Assembly: GCA_938045545.1 (NCBI GenBank)
Contig: CALIBN010000001.1
Location: forward strand, 1-41,802
From: an uncultured archaeon
Lineage (GTDB): Archaea > Thermoproteota > EX4484-205 > JAAOZP01
DNA length: 41,802 bases
Reading direction: 5' to 3'
This document shows positions 36,617 through 41,802 of this stretch, in pieces. The notes beneath the pieces were generated by a model, which saw only the letters and a program-made list of their open reading frames with translations, was not told the DNA's origin and ran no database searches. The translations under genes and the position numbers were made by a program. Position 1 is the first letter of the stretch, and each line of letters begins with the position of its first letter.

Positions 36617-37330
36617 CTAGATCGGCAGGGCCACAGAATGCTTGCCAATGTTCTTAGGGCTCGACCTGAATATCCAGACCCTGTTCTTCAAGGGATCTTG
36701 AACAACCCCCACTAGCCCCCTCATCATGAGAAAACTCAACACTAGCGCTCTAAACACCTTCCTGTCCTCACCCTCCTTACCGACGAAATCATAATAGTCG
36801 ATCATTCCGCGTCCAATCTCGCTGAGAAGCTTCTCCATCTCCCTCTCTAAGTCAGCCTCCTCCATCGGAAGTATTTCAGCAAGCGTGTTAAGCGTCCCCG
36901 CCTCAGGAGCCTCTCCGCCTCCAGGCAGGCTGTATTCCCTGAGGTTAGCCCAGTAGCCGTAGGCTAAACGCATGCACCCCAGGGTGGCCTGCTCGTTCTC
37001 AGCAACAGGCCTGAAAGCCTTTAGGAACGATTCTGCAAGCCTCTCCCTGTCCAGGCCCATTAGCCTAACCTCCATTAGAAACGGGTCCAAGTATAGCCTG
37101 CTAGCCCTCTTCTTAACATCCTCCTGCTGGAGAGCAATAACGTAGATTATTTTAAGCAGCGCAGCCATGTTCATAACCAGCGTCTTCTCATCCATCTCAG
37201 ACAAGCCTTCTCTGAGCCTCCTAAGACTCTCCTTAACGTCCACGACGAAAGGATCAATATTCTTCTCAATAACCTCGTCGCACAGACGGGTAATCCTCTC
37301 GACCAGCTCAGCGTATCTGCTTGACGACAT
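36617..37330 (-). CDS. Divergent kleisin (ScpA-like)
   Basis: N-terminal IDPFVVDV (cf. ScpA IDPWDIDI) plus helical bundle; C-terminal winged helix ALVLSFLMMRGLVGVVQD...VWI. Confidence 0.7.
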   Translation of the reverse strand: MSSSRYAELVERITRLCDEVIEKNIDPFVVDVKESLRRLREGLSEMDEKTLVMNMAALLKIIYVIALQQEDVKKRASRLYLDPFLMEVRLMGLDRERLAESFLKAFRPVAENEQATLGCMRLAYGYWANLREYSLPGGGEAPEAGTLNTLAEILPMEEADLEREMEKLLSEIGRGMIDYYDFVGKEGEDRKVFRALVLSFLMMRGLVGVVQDPLKNRVWIFRSSPKNIGKHSVALPI

Positions 37331-37697
37331 TCATTTCAACCTGCTTTCCAGAGCACTGAGACAACCAAAAGAAGGGATATAAGTGTTAATTCTTAGACTA
37401 CTTACCATTCCAAATCAATATCTAGACCCATGTGACAAGCCTGTTTAATCTCTCTGTGGCGAACATATATCACGCTTTAAAATTTTTTCCTAAGATTTTA
37501 CTTTTAACCATCTTTTCATGCTTTTGTCTAAAATCGCTATTATTCAAGGCGATGTAGAATTAGACGATAAACGAACTAGACACTTTTATGGCTAAGAAAC
37601 GAGTTTTCCCCATAATTCGCCATTATAAGATTACAGCGAGTAAACTTTTGCCTTGACAAATTCTTTAATTAACAAAACATCATCCAAAGGATTGAAA

Positions 37698-38552
37698 ATG
37701 GAGGATTGTAAAGCCGTAGGGGAGGAGCTTGAGGAGCTCACATACCAGCCTCAGCCGAGTGAATACTTCAACCCTTTAGACCTAGGGAGGATGGTGGTTC
37801 TCGACGCGGGCCAGAAATGGTATGGTGTTGTTCTGGAGACCATTATTGAGAAGGGTGTTGTCAGGAGGCTTGCCGAGATCGCTGAGCAGGCAGGAATCAT
37901 AATAAGGTTCATCCAGTTTTCCAACGTTGAGCCGCACGATAGTCTTGCTAAGGCGATCGCTTTCCTAGACTTCTCGAGCACGAGCGTCACTCCGGAGGAG
38001 GCTTTGAGGCTCGTCAGGAAACAGCCTTTCGTAAGAAGCGCCCACCTCATAGTTCCGAGTTACGAAGGATTACTCTTCGACAATTATTTCTTCCCGCTCG
38101 TCGTTGGAAAGAGGAGGGCTGTAATCTTCAGGAGGAGGGTCTACGAATCCCTTTTCAAAGGAGTTAGGGAGAAGTTTGGAACAGCGGGGGAGGCAATGCT
38201 ATACTACCAGGGCTTTTGCGTGGGGCACAGGACGTGCCAAGCGTACAGGGAGGAAACAGGCATAGAGGATCCTGAGACACTAGTCGGGCTCGGCAAGGCC
38301 TACTTTAGAATAGTGGGCTTCGGGATAATTGATGTCGCGAGGATAAGCGTTGAAAAAGGAGAAGCACAGGTACGCGTATATGAAAGCTTCGAGTGTGAAA
38401 CCGGCAAGGGTAGCGAAACACCCTACGGCCACTTTATAAGGGGGATTCTAGCAGGATTCTTCACAAACATATTTCAGAAGGAGGCGAAAGCCGTCGAAAC
38501 AAAATGCATAGCGAAAGGAGACCCATACTGCGAGTACATAATAAAAACATAG
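37698..38552 (+). CDS. ACT-like plus V4R small-molecule-binding protein
   Basis: KGVVRRLAEI ACT-like segment; GFG, SFEC, HFIRGILAG, ETKCIAKGDPYCEY; start uncertain. Confidence 0.85.
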   Translation: MEDCKAVGEELEELTYQPQPSEYFNPLDLGRMVVLDAGQKWYGVVLETIIEKGVVRRLAEIAEQAGIIIRFIQFSNVEPHDSLAKAIAFLDFSSTSVTPEEALRLVRKQPFVRSAHLIVPSYEGLLFDNYFFPLVVGKRRAVIFRRRVYESLFKGVREKFGTAGEAMLYYQGFCVGHRTCQAYREETGIEDPETLVGLGKAYFRIVGFGIIDVARISVEKGEAQVRVYESFECETGKGSETPYGHFIRGILAGFFTNIFQKEAKAVETKCIAKGDPYCEYIIKT

Positions 38553-38592
38553 TTGAAAACCTATTTTTCAGAAACCTGTTTCCAAACCATGA

Positions 38593-39026
38593 TTAACCTT
38601 GGCTTCCAGCCAGTATGGAGCTTAGCATCGCGAGGACAATAACGAGCGTCAAAATATGCTTAAAGGAGTCTCACGGCTTCCGCTTCCTGTAAACCACGCC
38701 AAATCCCTTAACGCCCTGGAAAGACGTTCCCAGCGAGATGCTCGTCGGCGTTATGCCCATGTTTAGAATAACCGCCACCACCACGCCATGGTTCTCCTCC
38801 TGTGGTCCAGGGTTTCGCCGAGTTTCGGCAGCTCATCCTCGAAACTGCTTATTGGAAGATAATATATGCCCCAGAGTTTACCATCATACTTCTCGTATTG
38901 CGACTGAATCGCGGGAGGAGTCTTCCCACCTATGACTTTCTCGTAGAGTTTGTCAATGGCCTCTTTCCTACTCAGACCCTCCTCCATCAACCTCGCATCT
39001 CCTGTCCACCATATTCTTGTTTCCAT
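38593..39026 (-). pseudogene. Probable frameshifted gene remnant of unknown family
   Basis: 87-aa ORF appears to continue in another frame (QEENHGVVVAVILNMG...) with an internal stop. Confidence 0.35.
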
Positions 39027-39446
39027 ATGCGCGAGTATACAGCTTGTAAAGCTTGGAAAGCTTGGCCTCAGCCACCCCCATACTTACGTTTCCAGTAAAA
39101 AACTTCTAAATCTCAAATGGTGAAAAAGTTATTTCACCAGCAACGTTGGAAAAACGTTTAACGTGAAGAACCGCGTTTTAACCTAGTATGAAAACTCTCC
39201 TATCTCCAGCCACAGCAGCACGTCAAACATGAGGAATCCAAGCTTTTAACCGGCGGAGGCTATGCAAAACCCTTAGCGCATGGTAAAGAAAACTAAGTTC
39301 TGAATATACTAAAGAAAAAATAGGTTATTGCTTTATGAAGTTTGAGCATCTTTTTCTATAATAGCAACGGTATTAAAAAACATGGTTTTGACTAGTAAGG
39401 GCGATGCAAAAATCTTATTTAAGCCCTTGAAACCTCTAGAACACCG

Positions 39447-41222
39447 GTGGAAACTACAGCGCAGGAAAAAAGTCTTCGATTGAAAGAAGTGATTTTAGAG
39501 CAATTCATGAGTTACCGTTACGCTAGGATACCCATCTACCCTAAGCTTAACCTTATTCTCGGGCCAAACGGGTCCGGGAAGTCGTCAATCCTCCTCGGCG
39601 TGTCCGTGGGCCTCGGCCAGTCTCGGAGCGGCAGGGCTGAGAAGCTTAGCGACCTAATAAGGAACGGGGAGGATATTGCTAGGGTTACTCTGGTATTCGA
39701 CAATTCTCCCGGGCAAGATGGTAAAAGGCCTGTCCCATTCATAAGGTCCGACGAGCTTATTATAACCAGGTATCTGAGGAGGGACGGCGAGTACTGGAGC
39801 CAGATCAATTATAATCCCGCTACGAAAATGGAGATCGACGAGATTCTCTCCCTATTCGGCATAGACCCTTCCAACATGCTGATAATAATGCACCAATACA
39901 TGATTGAAGAGTTCGCCATGCTCGACCCTTCTGAGAAGCTCAGGCTCGTCGAGGGTGCTGTCGGCCTGTCCGGGCTGAGGGATAACATTAAGGCTTCTCA
40001 GGAGAGGCTCAGCAGGATTGTCAGCGAGGAGAAGTCTGTCGAGGCTCTTTTAAACGAGGCTCGTGAAACGCTTGGAATGTGGAGGGCCGAGTACGAGAAG
40101 CTTGTTAAAAAGAGGGAGCTTCAAACTCTCCACGCTGAGTTGAACAGGCTTCTAAAATGGAGCATATACAATCAGCTTAACGCTGAGAAGACCAGGCTTG
40201 AGGAGAACGTTTCTAAGCTTGAGGCAAGGATGGCTGAGGGCAACCGGATAGTCTCCGGGACTGTGGAGAAATACGAGAAGGTCTGGAGCAGGCTGAACAA
40301 GGCGAGGATGAAGCTTAAGAGGGTTTTCTTCAAAGCCTCTGAAAAAGGGTTTGACGACAGCCTCATCGACGAATACAGCAAGCTGGACGAGGAGATAACC
40401 AAGCTGATTAGGAGCTACGTGAAGCTCAACGTTAAGGCCGAGGTCTTGAAATATAGGATCAGGGAGCTCGAAAGGGAGCGCCGCAGAATCCGAGAAAGGA
40501 TTAAGACCGTTGAAGAAAGGGTTAGGGAAGCCAAGGAGCAACTTGAAGGAGAAGCGCCAAAGGAGGTTGAACCCCCTGACGTCTTGGAGAAGAGGATTAA
40601 CGACTGCATTATTCAAATAGCGTCGCTCGGCACAGTCAGCGAGAACGCTGAGGAACTCTACAAAAACTATCTCAACGTTTACAGCGACCTTGAGCAGAAG
40701 GTTAAGATTATAGTTGAAAACAGGAGGGCTGCTGAAAACGAGCTTAAAGACAGGATAGAAATATGGAGAAAGAAGATCGTTGAAACAATAAGCAGGATTA
40801 ACGAGGGCTTCAGGAGAAACATGGAGGTGATGGGCGGCATAGGCGAGTTAAGACTGGCAAACCTAGAGGACATTGAAAACGCGGGCCTAATGATCTTCGT
40901 GAGCTTCGGCGGCAGTACCCTGACAGAGTTTAACGCATACACGCAGAGCGGCGGGGAGAGAAGTGCTACAGTCGTGTCATTCCTAATGGCCCTCCAATCA
41001 CTAGTCAAGTCGAGCATCCGGGGGCTCGATGAACTTGATGTGCATATGGATTCTATTAATAGAATTAAATTTTTCAAAATATTATCAGAAGCTGCGGAGA
41101 AAAATCCTGGAGTAGCATATCTATGCATCACTCCTGGAACTCCACCGCCAGTTAAGGATGCTCATGTAATAGTTGTTCAGAAAGTCCAAGACGAATCAAG
41201 AATATTGGAAGTCAAACAGTAA
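39447..41222 (+). CDS. Short SMC-family ATPase with Smc5/6-type head (coalescin/Sph-like archaeal SMC-related protein)
   Basis: Walker A GPNGSGKS, Q-loop MHQ, signature QSGGERS, Walker B/D-loop LDELDVHMD..NR, ITP in place of the H-switch; about 280 aa coiled coil with no recognisable hinge or CxxC hook. Confidence 0.9.
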   Translation: METTAQEKSLRLKEVILEQFMSYRYARIPIYPKLNLILGPNGSGKSSILLGVSVGLGQSRSGRAEKLSDLIRNGEDIARVTLVFDNSPGQDGKRPVPFIRSDELIITRYLRRDGEYWSQINYNPATKMEIDEILSLFGIDPSNMLIIMHQYMIEEFAMLDPSEKLRLVEGAVGLSGLRDNIKASQERLSRIVSEEKSVEALLNEARETLGMWRAEYEKLVKKRELQTLHAELNRLLKWSIYNQLNAEKTRLEENVSKLEARMAEGNRIVSGTVEKYEKVWSRLNKARMKLKRVFFKASEKGFDDSLIDEYSKLDEEITKLIRSYVKLNVKAEVLKYRIRELERERRRIRERIKTVEERVREAKEQLEGEAPKEVEPPDVLEKRINDCIIQIASLGTVSENAEELYKNYLNVYSDLEQKVKIIVENRRAAENELKDRIEIWRKKIVETISRINEGFRRNMEVMGGIGELRLANLEDIENAGLMIFVSFGGSTLTEFNAYTQSGGERSATVVSFLMALQSLVKSSIRGLDELDVHMDSINRIKFFKILSEAAEKNPGVAYLCITPGTPPPVKDAHVIVVQKVQDESRILEVKQ

Positions 41223-41445
41223 AACGCCTGCTATGTCTCCTAGCCTCTGGACAACTTCCTTCTCGGTAGAATCTCGAGTATTGGGTACATACTCTTGAAG
41301 ATTCAAGGGCAGACGAGGAGCCTCTTAGCGCGTGCGCTTGGAGTCCAGAACCTTCCTGAAGGTTCTGAGGCCCTCGGCTTTCTAGTGTTAAGGATGGATA
41401 AGAAGCTGTATTGCTGAAGATATTGTAATTAGTCTTGGTGGAAAC

Positions 41446-41673
41446 GTGATGAAGAAAACAGAGAGAACATACTTGACGGATTTGTCGATAGTCAAGGGAT
41501 CCTATAGTGTGGCTTTACAGGCGGATGTCACATTCACCTCACCCAGGCCATACTTGCAAATGAAGGTTAAGACCATCGGGGGATTAGATCTGATCTATAG
41601 ATTTGAGTATGATCAAAAAGCTGTAACGGTTGGTTGCAATCCCTTCATAGAAATAAAGGAGAAGTTGCATTAA
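41446..41673 (+). CDS. Hypothetical protein or gene fragment
   Basis: 75-aa ORF with GGTGG upstream; no family recognised with confidence. Confidence 0.35.
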   Translation: MMKKTERTYLTDLSIVKGSYSVALQADVTFTSPRPYLQMKVKTIGGLDLIYRFEYDQKAVTVGCNPFIEIKEKLH

Positions 41674-41678
41674 GTAAT

Positions 41679-41802
41679 GTGGTAAAATTCATGATCCTAC
41701 CGGATGTTAAATGTCTTGGAGATATTGCCTATATTAAGGGGGATGCTTTTAATGAAGTTGTAGGTTTAGCAAACGAGCTCCCAGAAAGATTTGAAGATTT
41801 TA
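41679..41802 (+). CDS. Partial ORF running off the window end
   Basis: Open frame (M)VKFMILPDVKCLGDIAYIKGDAFNEVVGLANELPERFEDF... Confidence 0.4.
   Translation, partial: MVKFMILPDVKCLGDIAYIKGDAFNEVVGLANELPERFEDF

Noticed and set aside
37331-37652. AT-rich gap with an imperfect inverted repeat as a replication origin
   Set aside because: No ORB-like repeats and no cdc6/orc1 gene adjacent
36052-41222. Wadjet (JetABCD) or Rad50/Mre11 interpretation of the SMC locus
   Set aside because: No JetD/Toprim or Mre11 nuclease nearby, no CxxC hook, ATPase much shorter than JetC and genes not in a co-directional operon
41247-41673. Fragments vaguely like a HerA N-terminal barrel (FLLGRI..., ALQADV..PRPYL)
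   Set aside because: Similarity too weak to call by eye; no ATPase motifs in the window
1-41802. CRISPR arrays, rRNA, tRNA and C/D-box sRNAs
   Set aside because: No regularly spaced repeats or tRNA/rRNA signatures noticed; the TGATGA boxes found lie in coding sequence without matching D boxes. Manual scan only, so tRNAscan-SE/Infernal could still find something

Overview
Archaeal genomic DNA, probably from a thermophilic TACK/Thermoproteota-type lineage. This is inferred from BRE/TATA promoters, GGTGA-type ribosome-binding sites, the GPN GTPase, the Ogg2-type glycosylase and Lhr. Most of the window is housekeeping, repair and cofactor genes: nth, a lysine methyltransferase, DUF72, nnr, ogg, htpX, purB, tldD/pmbA, ccdA-like, an ECF S-component with DUF4430, a RimK-like/MobA-like/cofE cluster, nudF, nadE, lhr and an aldo-keto reductase, plus several decayed genes. 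No rRNA, tRNA or CRISPR array was seen. Highlights: (1) a short, apparently hinge-less SMC ATPase with Smc5/6-type head motifs, lying about 2 kb from a divergently transcribed kleisin-like gene and a MAGE/Nse3-like KITE gene, i.e. a candidate three-part archaeal SMC5/6-like complex; (2) an unannotated 50-aa PAKK-rich histone-H1-tail-like gene with its own promoter and T-tract; (3) a Glu-rich 843-aa protein with a C-terminal PD-(D/E)xK nuclease followed by a candidate immunity gene; (4) a duplicated TATA plus 17-bp palindromic operator before two probable vitamin (B12?) uptake genes; (5) a 345-bp IS200/IS605 miniature element that supplies the cofE stop codon; (6) a 27-bp upstream motif shared by the GPN GTPase and lhr genes. 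All family calls come from motif recognition by eye, not from database searches.
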